Under the pieces are notes generated by a model that did not search any database, had not been told where the DNA came from, and saw nothing but the letters and a program-made list of their open reading frames with translations. The translations under genes and the position numbers were made by a program. Below are positions 12,752 to 26,897 of a DNA stretch of 64,000 nt, in pieces. The stretch is from Trichinella spiralis (taxonomy: Eukaryota). The DNA is taken from NCBI RefSeq assembly GCF_000181795.1, contig NW_003526945.1:1634794-1698793 (forward strand), written 5' to 3'. Positions within the stretch are counted from its first letter, which is position 1. Every line of letters begins with the position of its first letter.

Positions 12752-15458
12752 ATGGTGCGCTTGTACAGCAGAATTAACGGATGGTCAACACCTCCGCATC
12801 CTTTGCAAATATTAGCCTGGTTCATAGTGGCTTTTGTGTCATTCATGACTTTTGGCGTTCTAGTACCATCGTTCCAATCTGACAAAGCTCGTCTCAGTTT
12901 GTACATAGTAAGTACGAATATTAGTATTTTAATATTTTCGCTAAGCAATGCTACAAAATCGTTTATTTACATATATTGTTTCCTTCATTTGCTTATTTTT
13001 TTTAATTATTAGATTTTTTCCATGTCAATTACACTGACCATTGTTATAAAAATTATTGTCACTTCAATTGATCCTTCCGATGATTTGGTGTCGAAGAAAA
13101 TTCGACATCAGCCAAGACCTCGATTTGACCGAGAACGTTGCAAGCATGTCATTGATGAGCATTATTTTTGCAACGTTTGTGAAATGTTCATGTAAGTGCT
13201 CACCATTTGAACATTTTCTAAATTTTCACTTACAAAGTTCTATTCCATTACCAAAATGGAAGAACATCTTAGGATCTACTTATTTTTTTGGATTAACAAA
13301 CCGTTTTCCTTTTTTCTTTTATCTGTTTATAGTTTAAGAATAGTTTAATTTCTAATCGGTTGAGATTAGTTGAAATTATCTATACTACAAATCAAATGAC
13401 ACTTACCATCGGCATATTTTAAAGTGATGATGCGTCCAATGCTGCTTTTGCCACTGTAGATGCTGAAGCACAGGTTCAAGATTACCTTGAAAATAGAAAG
13501 CTCGACAATTCAGGGTTCTTCAGCCAACGTTCTAATAGTGGTTTCAAATTACCATACTTTCAATAATGCTTCTTTGTTTGCAATTTCCAAAGCTGGAACT
13601 TCAACTATTTACACCACTAATAATACTTCTGCATACTCATCAAAAGCGACAATTTTTCCAATTGAAATATAAATTTTTAGCGAAAAATATATATATATTT
13701 ATTTATTCACTGACTAATTTATTGATTTATTTATTTATCTAGAGAAGAATAAGTGACACATTGCTTCACAATTAGCCACTGTCAAATGTCATAAATAATC
13801 AAATTCTGAAAAGTTTATTTAATATTTATAATTAAAAATAGTTTTGCTATAAATAAATGAAAAGAATTAAAATGCAAATCAAATATCACTTCACGTAAGG
13901 TTCATTTACTAGATGAAGGTTAAAACGTGTAAAAATGAACACAATTTCAAATGTACTGAATTCGACATGTGCATATCTTTTCTTTTAATTAATCATAAAC
14001 GTCAGCTTATATTTTAAATTCTTACGAATAAATTTTGAAAAAAAAACAAGAAAAAAAAAAGAAAAATACCTTCGTCTTTAACAAGTTCACATTCAGGATG
14101 AGCTGAAAATGTTATTTCAAAAAAAGTTATACAGTGCCTGCATTAATAATAATATTAATTATTATTAACTTGGTCAAAGTAGTAAATGTTTTGATTTTCA
14201 TTTCATAGGATTCTCCACAACGACGTTCCATTTAGATTTATTGATTGTCCAACGGTCAAGAATACGTTCAATTTTAATTCGTATTCATATAATTCAGCCT
14301 GAAGGTTGGCATTAGAAAAATTGTTCGAAAATCGATTTACTTTGCTAACAATATGTTTTCACAACGCCTGAATGGATGTTTCAGATGAAAAAAATAATTC
14401 AAATTATAACAATTTACCATCTATTATATTTTTGAATTATTTTCTATTTTTTCTTTAATTTTTCAGACATCCATCTTCCAAACATTGCAGACAATGCAAC
14501 AAATGCGTGTACAATTTCGATCACCACTGCAAATGGCTCAACAATTGCATTGGTGGAAAAAATTACAAGTACATACAATTCTATACTTTCACTATAACTC
14601 TTATATTTCTTCATTTGTTGTATGATAACATTAAAAGAAAAAGTCAATTTAAAATATGTATACATAGCTATAAAGCACAGATACAGACATATATTATTTA
14701 TTACCTTGTTTTTCTTTCATTTCGTTTCATCCTGTCACAGATGTTTCATAGCCTTCATCTGTACGGTCAGCTTTCTCACCATATGCATCTTTGCTCTTGC
14801 AACGGTCATTATTATACTTTTCTTTACAGTGCCAAAATTTCTGAATCTAACAGCCGGTAACAAATTTGCATTGTTAACATTGTTGCTTTTTGGTGAATTT
14901 TTCTTAACACTTAGGGCGGTTCATTCTGTGCGGAAAAGCAATTTCTGAATCGACATGGCTAACGTTGACCGCTTCCATTGTTCTAATTTCGTTCACAATC
15001 GCTGTTCTCTCTTTGCATTTACTATTCTTCCACATTAAATTGAGTAAGTTGAGATGCTTTCTGTTTCATTTTCAACATGCTGAGTGAAATGAATTTCAGA
15101 TAAAGTTTAAAAAAGCGAACTTGTCAACAGTTTTAATTCAAACTTTTATTTACTGATATTATTTTCAGTGAACCAAGGCCTTACTACATATTCATATGTT
15201 GTCGCACAAAGAAGAAATGAAGAAGCATCTGATCATGACAATCATATCACTCCAATGGTCGAATGCTGCTTTCCAATGAAAAGAAGGTGGAACATGGGCA
15301 ACTGCTTGCCAGGCCATAGTTCCAGAAAGCAAAAGGTAAAGAAATTTCCATCTTCTTCTAATAATAGTACAATCAAATATGCAAACACCGCTCTACTACA
15401 GGTGACAAAGGTTTGCCCAATTCTGCCAGTACAAAAATCCGCATCACAAAACGGGTAA
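12752..15458 (+). CDS. DHHC palmitoyltransferase, ZDHHC1/ZDHHC11 type (multi-exon, 1.27-kb intron 13192-14466)
   Basis: N-terminal [17 protein letters not shown] (ZDHHC1/11 signature). TSIDPSD...[12 protein letters not shown]. Exon from 14467 encodes [35 protein letters not shown] segments and GLTTYSYV (TTxE-like) follow. Confidence 0.92.
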
Positions 15459-15737
15459 GCTACCAACCAACAACAATCACACGCTGCGATTGTTTGAAGC
15501 TTTAACTGAAATGATACAATTCTAGCCACACCCAGACGGACAATAAAGCATGAACAAACACAGAAAATAAGAGCATGCCGTTGACAGTGAAAAACAATCT
15601 CTCTTCTCATCTGGAAATCATTTCGCTGTGTCTTAAAGCTAAGCTAGAAATCAAATGCTTTCAAAATCTCAATTTTCCAGTACTATGCGGTATATACATA
15701 TATATATATATCTTGGTAATGTGTTGCTCAACAAAAT

Positions 15738-17733
15738 CTACTGCATAATTTCCATAAAGATTTTCTTTCTTTTTCTTTTAACCAATATTTTACATCGAAA
15801 TGATTTAAATCACACTTAACTGTAAAATGAATACGTGTAACAGATTCAAAAAAATATCAAATAAACAAGAGAAGGCATAATATAACATTTGAAAATATTT
15901 ACTCACTTATCTTTTCTCCTAGTAAGCTTTCTGAACCAGCGTTTGAACATATCGGAAATTTCATCCGCATCGTACAATAAAAATGAATTGCCATCGCTAC
16001 GAAGACGACTAATGTTCGCCCTACGCACAGCTCTGATCTTTCCTCTGGCTGATTCAATCCCTGAAAAGTAATTTTAAAATATTTAAATTAAAACTGTAAA
16101 GAAAAAAACAAAATTCCTGCCTTCGGACAATTGCAATGGCATGTCAGCAAAAGCTTCGCGTTCAGAATTCAAGAATATAACTGGATGAGGAATGCTGAAA
16201 ACATTCCTATACCAGCGAGTCCAATAAAGACTAGCCAACGCAGTGTTGATAGCGAAATCCGTGGTGCAAAAGCACAACGTAGTCTGAATAAAAAACATTA
16301 CTATTCTTAAATTGTAAAAATAAAAATGATAAATTGCAAAAAAACTAACTTACAGCAGGCATATTAGCAAAAATAAACAAAGAACCGGAGCTTAAAGTTG
16401 TGACCAAAATGCGTCCTAGTGTACTGGTGACAGTTCCTTTACCACCAACGCTAGTTGACTGTTCCATGCGAATCTACAAAATTGAACATCTCCAAAGTTG
16501 AAGGAGAAATAATGAAGTGCCAAAAATGCTTACAAACATCCAAGTAAAATAAGTGAACGATGTTATCAAAGCTAACAATGCACTTTGGTCAGTCAAATTT
16601 TCAAAAAAATAAACTCCGCCTGCTTCAAAACCCACACAGTGCTTTGCAGCAATATGTTTGAGCGCAAAGAATTGCGTAGAAAAAATAGAAACCTATAAGC
16701 TGAAATTTTTACAAAAACAAAATAAATCAATGCACACAAGTGAACATACAGATATTATTATATTAAACAACTGTGAACCGATAGTGGGCAAATTGCGCAA
16801 TGCGCAATATTCCGCATAATCAGCTTCTGTTTCGAGAATACCTTTCAAGTCAATTTTCTTTCTAGCCTGAGCAATTCTCCTGTGATGGGCTACCATTTCT
16901 GGCATTGCGTTGTAAAATGCCGCATGCATGCGTTGGTTGGAAACGGTTATAAATGGAAACATCGCCAAACGCAACAATGTTGCAGCTGAACAACACGTAT
17001 TCATTTTATCATTTGCATAAAGTCTACTCGTGCAAAAATAGAAACAATTTCTTTTTTTAACAATTATTCAATCTTAGCTGTGCTAAAAAATTTTCAAGAA
17101 CGAAAAAAACTCACAGGTTAAATGCACATAACAAACCAAATAAATTAATCTTATGGACATTATAATGTAAAAAGCGTAACATGGCAAACATGATAAGAGC
17201 ATAAAATATATTATTAATAATTTCAAAAAACATAATTTTTTTAAATAAAACATGCTAATTAAAGAAACAAAAAATCAAATCAAAAAATAAGCATTACTTG
17301 TTGCAATGGCTATCCACCAAGGAACGTCTAAAGTAGACTGCACAAAATTCAACAGTTGCGAATACCAACGAAACCCAACAAATGAATCATCACCAAAAAT
17401 ATTACACAATTCAAAGCTTTCCATCACCTCTCCATCCTTACTGTCGGAGCTTGTTTCGTTCAACAAGTCTAAGATATCTGAAGATTCCTAAAATCATTGC
17501 ACTGACCATGAAACCAAAAAAAGCAATGAACTGAACGAGCTTAAACAGAAAACAAGTACCGACGAAGAGTCTGTTTTTAAATGACGATATGCTACACAGC
17601 GAACTGGTAATGAAGTCATGCACCGGGGGATTAAAATTTTCTCAGCACATCCTTTGTTGAGAAACCGACTGGCACATCTTGCTGAACACACTCGACCAAT
17701 ATAAAGGAATTTGGAAGTTAATCTTAAATTCAT
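15738..17733 (-). CDS. OXA1L: Mitochondrial inner-membrane insertase, OXA1/YidC family (multi-exon)
   Basis: Arg-rich presequence (MNLRLTSKFLYIGRVCSAR). LLNFVQSTLDVPWWIAIAT, TLLRLAMFPF, GFEAGGVYFFENLTD match Oxa1/YidC TM regions. Basic C-terminal tail (WLKKKKKIFMEIMQ*). Confidence 0.8.
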
Positions 17734-18539
17734 TTACAGCTCAACCACGAAACAATACACCAAACTGTAAAAGTGGAAGCAATTTCGAAGATTCATACTG
17801 TAGATTTTCAGGTATGGCACGATACGGTAAATAAAGAAAATTTGTCTCAAGATTTAAAAGCACTGCGAAAATAAAAAATATCACTATAGAACTTGTAACA
17901 GTTCAAAATGTTTTTTTGTCTCGTAATCATCAAATTTTAATCTTAAATGGCACGTTAACTGTACAGTACAAAACTTTCTGCCTCTGAGCTTGACAATAAA
18001 ACATATTACTAAAATATATTGTCTACTCTTTTGCAATTTTTAAATACAATGCTTCATTTCAAAAAGCTATACGCATTACAAATACGTTTACATTAAATTA
18101 CATTTGTGTAATCTTCTAATTTGTAAAACCGTGATATGCTTGCCATTGCCGCAGACTGCTTCTTTTGAACGAAGCAAATATCGTTCAAACTGACAGATTG
18201 AAGCAAAAACATTTATTACGCTAATTGAAATACAGTAAAATGTTATCTTCACTGCTGTAAAATCTTTCCAGTCTTTCTTTACGCATTATCTGAACAAGCA
18301 ATATTGAATATTGTATAACTGAAAGATTATTAAAATATAAATATTTGAAATAAATATCACGCTGATCTCCCATATGGAGAGAAAATCTTGTAATTTTAGC
18401 AAAACTATATATAACTTTCCATCTTTTTCACTAATCACCTCAAAAGTTAAATCTACTAAACAATATTTCTGTAAAAGACTAAAATAATAAACTTATAAAA
18501 TAATATAAATAATGATATAATGTTTGGAAAAAACCATTT

Positions 18540-21479
18540 TCAGCGTCGCTGCTTAAGATGCTGCTTCTGGGCCGATGGAGCGCTGAATGTCAAACAAAGC
18601 GGATCCAATTTCAGCTTCGGTTCGTGAAAGCCCGGGCTGCTGACGCATTTCGCCAACAACTCATCAGATACAAAAACACCATGTCTGCCTCCGTAATAGT
18701 ACGTGATGTTCATCTCTTGCAATGTCTCCTGAATATCTTCCAAACGAATTGCAGTTTTCTGTCTAAAATAGTAACAACATAAATAAATTCATAGGAGAGA
18801 AAAAAACAAACAAACAAACAAACAAACAAATAGCGTACACTATCTCATCGAGAGTTATGAACCGACCAACATTTTTACCGAACATCTGAATAATCACCCA
18901 TGCAAAATAAGATCGGTAGGCTCGTTTGCCAAGATCGGAAAGTGGACGTTCGGGTCCAGCTGGGATTCCAATTCGAGTTGAAATTGCATAACCTTCAAAA
19001 ATCAAAATCATTCAAATTCAACTTTGCAATAATTGGGCATATTAAAAAAATCAGCTTACTGAGCTGGATCAAAAACAGTCCATATGATTTCTTCTGATAC
19101 TGTGGAAAAACAGAAATGCAAGCCAAATTATTGCATTCCGAATTCTTTTCCTATAAAAATACTAAACTATAATTCATCTGAATATAAATCATTTTTCAAT
19201 AAAAATTACCTTGGAATAAAATCCAGCCATGTGATATCCATTTTCCTCATCCAGCTCATAGAGTACGTAAAAGAAGAACTCTTGAACCAGAAAACACACC
19301 GCTTTGTGATAGATGAACAATTTACCAAGCAATGCCAAAAATTGACAGTACAGCTGAAATAATTAATGCATAATTAATAAAATTTGTCTACGAATAAAAT
19401 ATCAGTCAATACAAAAAGCTTACTTTATTCTTGTCACCGTCCACTTCTATTACCACAAGATTATCTTTGCGGTAGACTTGCTTACCGGGCAATGGTCTCT
19501 GCGAACACCTTTTCTGAAAACACAGTTTCCAAAATTATTTCATAGGGCAACTGAATATTTGCAATCCACTAATAATATTAAAATAACGTTAAACGTATTC
19601 ATTAAGATTGTTAACTGATTAACGTCACTGTAATTTTCCTAATTTGTGTTCCTCTTTTCTTAAAATTCCATACAACCCATGCAAGTATTCACTGAAACTA
19701 ATGGCAACTATTTTACACACATCCAAGAGTTTTACTTACCATGTGCTCTTTTAATGATTTCGCGAGCAACATGTATTTGGCACAACGATCGCAAATGAAC
19801 AATAACTTTTCGCAGTATTGCAAAGGATAACGCGAAGAATACCACGCCTTAATTCGAAAGTTTCCCATTTGGATGTAGTCAATATTTCGAACCATTGAAT
19901 TCTAAGCATATTTTGAAAAAATAATTAAACACTATCAACAGAAATGCCGCCGTTACCTCGCGTTCATCATTGTCCTCTTCACAACTGGAGATATCACCGT
20001 TCTAAATAATACAGTTATTATTATATAATTTTTTCCATTCTAAAACATTTAATGAAAATCCACTTTACCAAAGTGTCGTGTTTCAATTTACTGCGAGTTT
20101 TCAAACCCGAACTATCCGTCACGCCCGTAGCTTTTGACATGCCATACAGCTCACCTATACGATCCAACGTCACCCACTCGTCCATGCGCGAACTCTCTGA
20201 AACAGAAACTCAATATGATGTTAATAAATGTGTTTACGCCTCAGTCTGATTCAAAAAGATTCACCTCTCAAATAGTGGACGTAGCATTCCAAAGTGTCTT
20301 CTGGAGAATTTGCAGAACGAATCGACAGCACTTTTCCTCTTCCTAAAAAACCAAAATGTCTACAGCAACACAGAACTTAACCATTTTTTCCATTATAAAT
20401 CAAAAACATCATTCACTACAACTGATGCTTATTATTGTCAACTATTTTTTTCGTTCTTCTTTCAAGCAAATATTAAATATAACGTCAATTTTGCAAAATA
20501 ATCCTATTACATGTCATACGTAGAAACAAATAATTATTTATTAAATTCAACTAAAAAGTATTTCATCATGCAATTAATTAAAAATAAAAATAATAGTCTT
20601 ATTGTCAATTTATACAATAAATTTATTCCTCAATAATTCATAATGTACTCATAACAATATGAACAACTGCTTTTCTTCCTAAACTGTCATTCTCTATAGT
20701 CACAAACATACCAGTAATCATAACTGTAATTTCGAAGCCCAACTATAACTTTAAAAAATGAAGTACAACTAAAATTTAAAAAAATTAAAAATAATAATTC
20801 AAATTATATATATATATTTTAAAAAAACTAATAAAAACAAATAAAACAACACAAAAATATTTTTACAATTCAACTACATTGCAATACAGTTGCACATTAA
20901 ATGAAAAAGTCATAATTTAAATTGTAAAAAAAAAGCCAATCACCGCTGAAGACGACTCGCTTAACAGCTAATAAAAATACACAAAAACAAATTAGTTACT
21001 GCTATTCAGTCAAATGCTGAACTCACTTATAAGACTTTATAATCTGGGTACTGTACGCAATTTCAAACTTTTACTTCAGAACGACTAACATAAATAAATA
21101 ATTTTTGCAAAACTAACAAAAATGCATTCCCTTAACTTTAAAATACTATTAAAAGTAAAAAAACAAATAAAATCTTAAATTAAAAGTAAATGATGCCTAC
21201 AAATGACTAAATCCTTACGTTTCTCGCCATTACTACGAGTGACATAATAAACAGCTTTAAGCGCTGGCAAACTGACGTCATAGTCCAGCTTCTTCTGCAA
21301 ATTCAACGCTTCTGATTCATCCCTGCCTGAAAATGAAAAGCTTCATTAAATTTTTCAATAAAATAAAACAAACTGTACGAACTACCGTACAATTACTAAT
21401 TGTTTGGTCTGTTAATTTTAGTGCCCAAAAAAATAAAAAATCGTCTACCTTGATATTGAGTGATACTTTTATCTTCCAT
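18540..21479 (-). CDS. MYST-family histone acetyltransferase (divergent, multi-exon)
   Basis: VRNIDYIQMGNFRIKAWYSSRYP; C2HC zinc finger ICDRCAKY...EHM..C; YCQFLALLGKLFIYHK; NNLACISVFPQYQKKSYG; GPERPLSDLGKRAYRSYF. The 5' exons (21479, ~21330, ~20340) are less certain. Confidence 0.9.
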
Positions 21480-22772
21480 AGCAGTTGACGAGATCAACTA
21501 AAAAATGACAATACCGTCCTAAACAACACTGCTCTAATGTAATTCAAAACAAACGCACGCGACAAACTGCATACACCAGACAAAATAAACAACTCCCAAA
21601 AAAACGCGAAGTGATCAATCACTGACAGTAACCTTTTTGTATACTCAAGTTCTTGTAAGATAAGTTTTTGTATAGTAAGACAATTTATCTGTTAATAAAT
21701 ACAGTTTATAATTCTCAGGAAATCGTTTTTCTGTAATACAACGTCAGTACTAACGTTTTTGAAATGTCATTTCTTCGTAACTTTAAAAAAAAAGAAAAGT
21801 TAATTTACTTGTAATTCTTGCTACTAAATATATTGAAAAATTCTTTCATCTATAAATCGCTCTCTATACAAATTTAATGAAAAATTACATAATAAATTTA
21901 ATAAAATGGCGTAAATAGCTGATAAATGTAAATTACAGTATACCAGTGCATATGGTAATTTTATAATTAAACAGTCATTTATTGTTATTAAAATAAGCAT
22001 TAAGGAAAATTATTGTTTTAACTTTGACTGTATTATTTTACAGTATGATTCTCAGCATAGATATGCCTATTTTTGGGAATTTAGGGTGTATCCTGATGAA
22101 CATTGCGATACTGTATTGCACATTTTTGTTAGCAAATGACTTGTCAAATGTTAAAAACTTTTTAATTTCATTGTTAAATGAGCGATAAAATATTGAATTT
22201 TTTTCATTAAAATCGATTGAATTTTGAATGTAGAATGACAAATAACTGATTATCACCAAAAATAAAATGAACAACTAAGCTACAAGCATATATATACAGC
22301 ATCAATCGCTAAAAAGCACATTGCAGTCTGTTTTCCTAATCAATCTGATGTTTTTTTAAATTTTCTTGACAATAATTAGTTTCTCGTATGACATGTAATG
22401 TTTCAAACAATCAGCATAAGCATTGTTTTGTTTGCTTGTAATGATAACTCCATTAATTACAAAATAGCATACCCTTAAAAAATAAAACTAGAGTAATTTT
22501 CTTCAAAAGCATTCAATTTCACGCTGTTCCTAGTCAATTTGCTTTCCTCAATATTTGCATTATTATGCATAACATAAGATATTGCAATAGTAAAAGAATA
22601 TATTTAAAAATTGCAATCGATTAAAATTATTATATTACAATTATAACAGAATCTCCTCAAAAGGGGTTTTAATGGTACAATTCAGTTTTAACAAGAGAAT
22701 AATTTACATTGCGGAGTATAACATTATTAATAATTTACAAACAAATGGATCAAATTGACGAATACGTCAGAT

Positions 22773-25700
22773 TTAGAGATCATCGAATGGAAGGGTGCTG
22801 CTCAAGTCGATTGAGTTAGCATTTGCGTTTACAGCCAACGCTTCTCGTCTTAAACATTTTGTACACGACTTTCCTTCCATGCAGGCTTTGTGAAATACCC
22901 AAGCACACTTCGGGCACTACATGAAAAAAAGAAAACAATAATTTCTTCTGTTATTCACAGTATAATAAAACCATTTAGATATGAATTTCAATTACCCGAA
23001 ATGCTTTTTGTAATTCAAATGGATAAATAACATCTGCACTGTTGCATATTTCACAGATGAATCCTTTCTGAGAACACAGTCGACAAGAATGCAAAACATG
23101 ATTAACTGCGTATTCAAAGACCGGTTTCAATAATTTATGCAGCTTGCCAGAAGCTGTTTGCTCCAAATCCTGAGAAAACAAAACACAACAGATGAATGAA
23201 CACAATAAGTAGAAAAGCAGCAACTTTTCCACTGCCATAACAATGCACTTACAACAAGTGAATACAAATCGATAACTTTGAAGAGATAATCTTTAGGCCA
23301 TAAACGTTTGCTCAACTCTTCTGCTACCGATTTTCGGCATGTTAGCAAGTAAGCTGCTATGTAATTCAATTCCAGTCGAAGATCCTACAAAAGCAAGATG
23401 TATGAAAAAGTGAACTGTAAAAAAGTAAAAGCAATGCTGCAATCACTGCTTTCACAAATCATCGAAAACATGCTGTTCTCACATGCAACTGGGATAATGC
23501 TTTTGACTTCACCAACAATGCCGGATTGATTTCGTTCATGTGGAAAATAGGCTGGTCATAAATGCTGACTAAAAATGCTTTACTTGCTCTGGAAACTGTA
23601 TGAATAAAAAAATCACGCTCATTTCAAAATCAATAAATATAAATAAATTAAAAAACACCTTTCCTGGGCGTAAAATCCCAGTTAAGCAGAGCACGAGCGG
23701 GTATGAGCATGGTATCATCAACATGGCAAGCACTGCAGTAATAATAACCATCAAAATTGCATACCTTGAATGGTTCGTTTGTAAAACCGATGCATCTTGC
23801 GCAACTGTGGCATTTTCCAGACTGCACGTCCAAACCCTTCTCGGTAGCAATTTTTGTCAAACATGCGTATTGCCATTTATTCTGCAACAAAAATTGAAAA
23901 AAATAAAATACAAATTATGAATTGGTAACAACAAATTTCCATCAACTACTTGCTCTCTGACAGCCAAATTGAGAAATTTCCATGCATCGGATGCAGATGA
24001 ATCGTTCAACGATCCCGGGATGTCAAAACTGGCGCATAACTTCTGTTTTTCTTCTGATCCAGTACTCATGATGCAGTATTCATTTAAAGGCGGCTTTTGC
24101 GCATCTGCAGGATGAATTTCAAAAATTTCGAATACATCGTCTGGATTGGGCACCAGGTAGGATGCTTCGCAGGAAGCTTGGTCCGGACGTTCAATCACAA
24201 ACGGCTCGGCTTCGCAAGACTCAAAGCCAATCTGATGAAAGTCAGCTTGCAAATCGGCCAGTGCCCCATCACCAATTTCGCCTGTATAAGATGATGAGCA
24301 GTCGTTCTCCGCCACATACCATTCAACACTATTCGGATCCAAGCTGTCTTCTTTGGTCGGTGACAGCTCAAATTCGACCACCGGGCTTTGGTCAGTTTTT
24401 CCATTTTCCGGCAATGACACTTCTATATATGAGACGGACACGTTCGGCGTTTTACAGTTAAGCACGTTCCCGTTGCGTTGGCTATCGCTGAAAGCAGTAA
24501 ACGCCGGTTCCAATTTCGACATGATCTTGTCGCCAAACTGAGAAAAACTGAAAAGTCCAAATAATATCAAAATTTGCAAATCAATAATAAAAATATACAT
24601 ACCCGAGCAAAAATTCATCCGACGACATACCACTCAGAAGCGCAGCACTTGTGGTCAAACTGGACACTGCCGACGCACTGTACAAGTCGTCCATTGTGCA
24701 AGTATGGTCCAAGCTCAAGTCGTCCGAATTGTCTTCTTCTAACGAACAATGTTCTATCGTATTCTGACGCTCAGGATCACCGTCGTCGGCGCTGATTTGG
24801 CGTATAGTAGAGCCACCGTCGACTAACAGACCGGCTAACTTCAGCGGCGATGGAATCCAAATATTTAGAAGACTGCTGTTCAATGCCAAATTGAAGCTGA
24901 ATTTCATCAGCGCACGCAAATGGTGACTGATTGAATCACGCAGCTTTTCGTCACGAATCAACGCATCATCGGCGTAATAATGTCTGAAATGCTTATTTTC
25001 AAACAGAGAAAACAAGATCTGTTAAAAATTCAACTTTAGAAAAAAGTCAACCTTAGCACATCTTTATTAGCAATAAATATGGATAAATAGTTGTCAACGA
25101 CACCGTCGATTAATGCCAAACGCACCCAAACCTACAAGAAATATAACAAAGAAAGGCAATTGAAATCAAATTTATACAGTGCTCAATGATAATTACTCTA
25201 GATCTTCCAATGTCAGTGTTTATTTGATTCAGATTCTTGATTTGGGCACGAACGTTCCGATGCAAATATTTTGAAATAAAAGGCCAAAAATTCTAAATAC
25301 AAATACTTTTTAAAAATTTTTTTCTGCATAAGTAAATTTGAAGAACCTCATCTCACTCAAATATAAAACACAGTTTTTCTTTGCATCAACATCACATATA
25401 TGAAATAAATTTTCTGTGAAATTGAAAAATGAACTCATTTTTTACAAGTAAATTCTATTTTGAAGATAAAAAATTTAAGTAAAGATCTCATGTCAAAAAA
25501 ACATGTTTTGCTTAAAAAAATAACTTACAGGCTCTGGATATTTTCGATGAGAATTCCGAATGACGTATTTAGGCCGCAGCCCGTGTATAAATAGTGCTTC
25601 AATAACGCAACACAAGTGATTTGTAGTTTCACTGTAAAATTAAAATTACAAACAGTAATAACAAAAGTTTATTCTTACTTATTCAAATAATTCATCTCTG

Positions 25701-25776
25701 CATCTGAATGTTTCTCGCGCAGAGCTGCTTTTACAGAACTACACAGTTCATAATAAAGAGTACGTTTTGAATCCAT
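22773..25776 (-). CDS. PLEKHM1-like Rab7 effector: N-terminal RUN domain plus C-terminal Rubicon-homology (DUF4206) zinc-binding domain
   Basis: RUN motifs (TNHLCCVIEALFIHGL; INTDIGRSR-VWVRLALIDG; HYYADDALIRD). C-terminal GLDVQSGKCHSC...CNFDGYYYCSACH...IPARALLNWDF and HVLHSCRLCSQKGFICEIC...CPKCAWVFHKAC. Confidence 0.88.
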
Positions 25777-26897
25777 ATTGCAAACATTAAAATGATTCAA
25801 AACGACATATGAACAAACAAATGTGAAAAACTCCTACAAAAATAAAAAGAATACTTAATTATTAAAATTATTTTGCTTGTATATCATTTGTGCGGCTAAA
25901 AGTTCAAAACATACCTTTGTAATGAACAGAAACAACAACTGGCGTCAACATACTGGAGCTGTAACAAGAATGCATGTGTACAGTACAACGTGAAAATCAT
26001 GTCTAATAATTATGAAATGAAGCAAAAGAAAATGCTGCATAATTATAAATATTTAGCACGAATTTATATTTGAATTTATTTACTCATTCAATTTTATTTA
26101 TTGTAATAAATATAATCTACAAAACATAATTTTTTAATTATATAAAAAAGTGTTAATTTCACTGTCTTGCTTTACCAACTGTGGTCGAAAATTTTTTGTG
26201 TGCATAGCCTACTTAATTTTACATGTAGTACACTTTTAATTAATAAATATTAAAGCTGAAGTAATGAGGTGAATTTTCAGCACATGTAAATAAACATTTT
26301 TTAATAAAGAATGACTAAAACTTGCGATACTCTGCATTCGATTTTTTAATTTTTACATTATTATTAATGATACTTTTATTTGAACTTAATTTTATTATAA
26401 TCAAAAGTTATCAATTTTACATCGACTGTGTTTAGTTATAATTAACTTAACGGATCAAAATGTAATTAATTAACCATTAAGCAACAAAAGAAACTTTAAA
26501 AACAGTAAGTAAGCAATATATCGTGAAATAAAATATTTAAAACATAAACTCAAATGTAAAATCATATTTTTTGTCATTGACAGCCATGTTTAAATAATGC
26601 TAAATAATCACAATAATTTGCACTTGAATTACATTTACAGTTATCTTGTTTTCAGCATGTGTTAACCTTCTAACAATAAGTGAATATTTTCTTATTTTGA
26701 AACGTAAAGTAAATTCATTACATGTCGAATATATGATTTTCAGAATTGGTCGACACCACAACTTTGAAGAATATTTTTGTTGTGTATCAGTGAGTCATTA
26801 TTATAAATTTAAAAATTCACCATCTTTCATTTGAAGTTGTATTGTATAGTAAGGTCATTTTTTATTGTTTTGAGACTTCTGACTACTAATTCAGAAA

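Noticed and set aside
15738..25776. Possible operon of three co-oriented minus-strand genes (PLEKHM1-like, MYST, OXA1L)
   Set aside because: Intergenic gaps are ~0.8-1.3 kb and no trans-splicing evidence can be read from the DNA alone.
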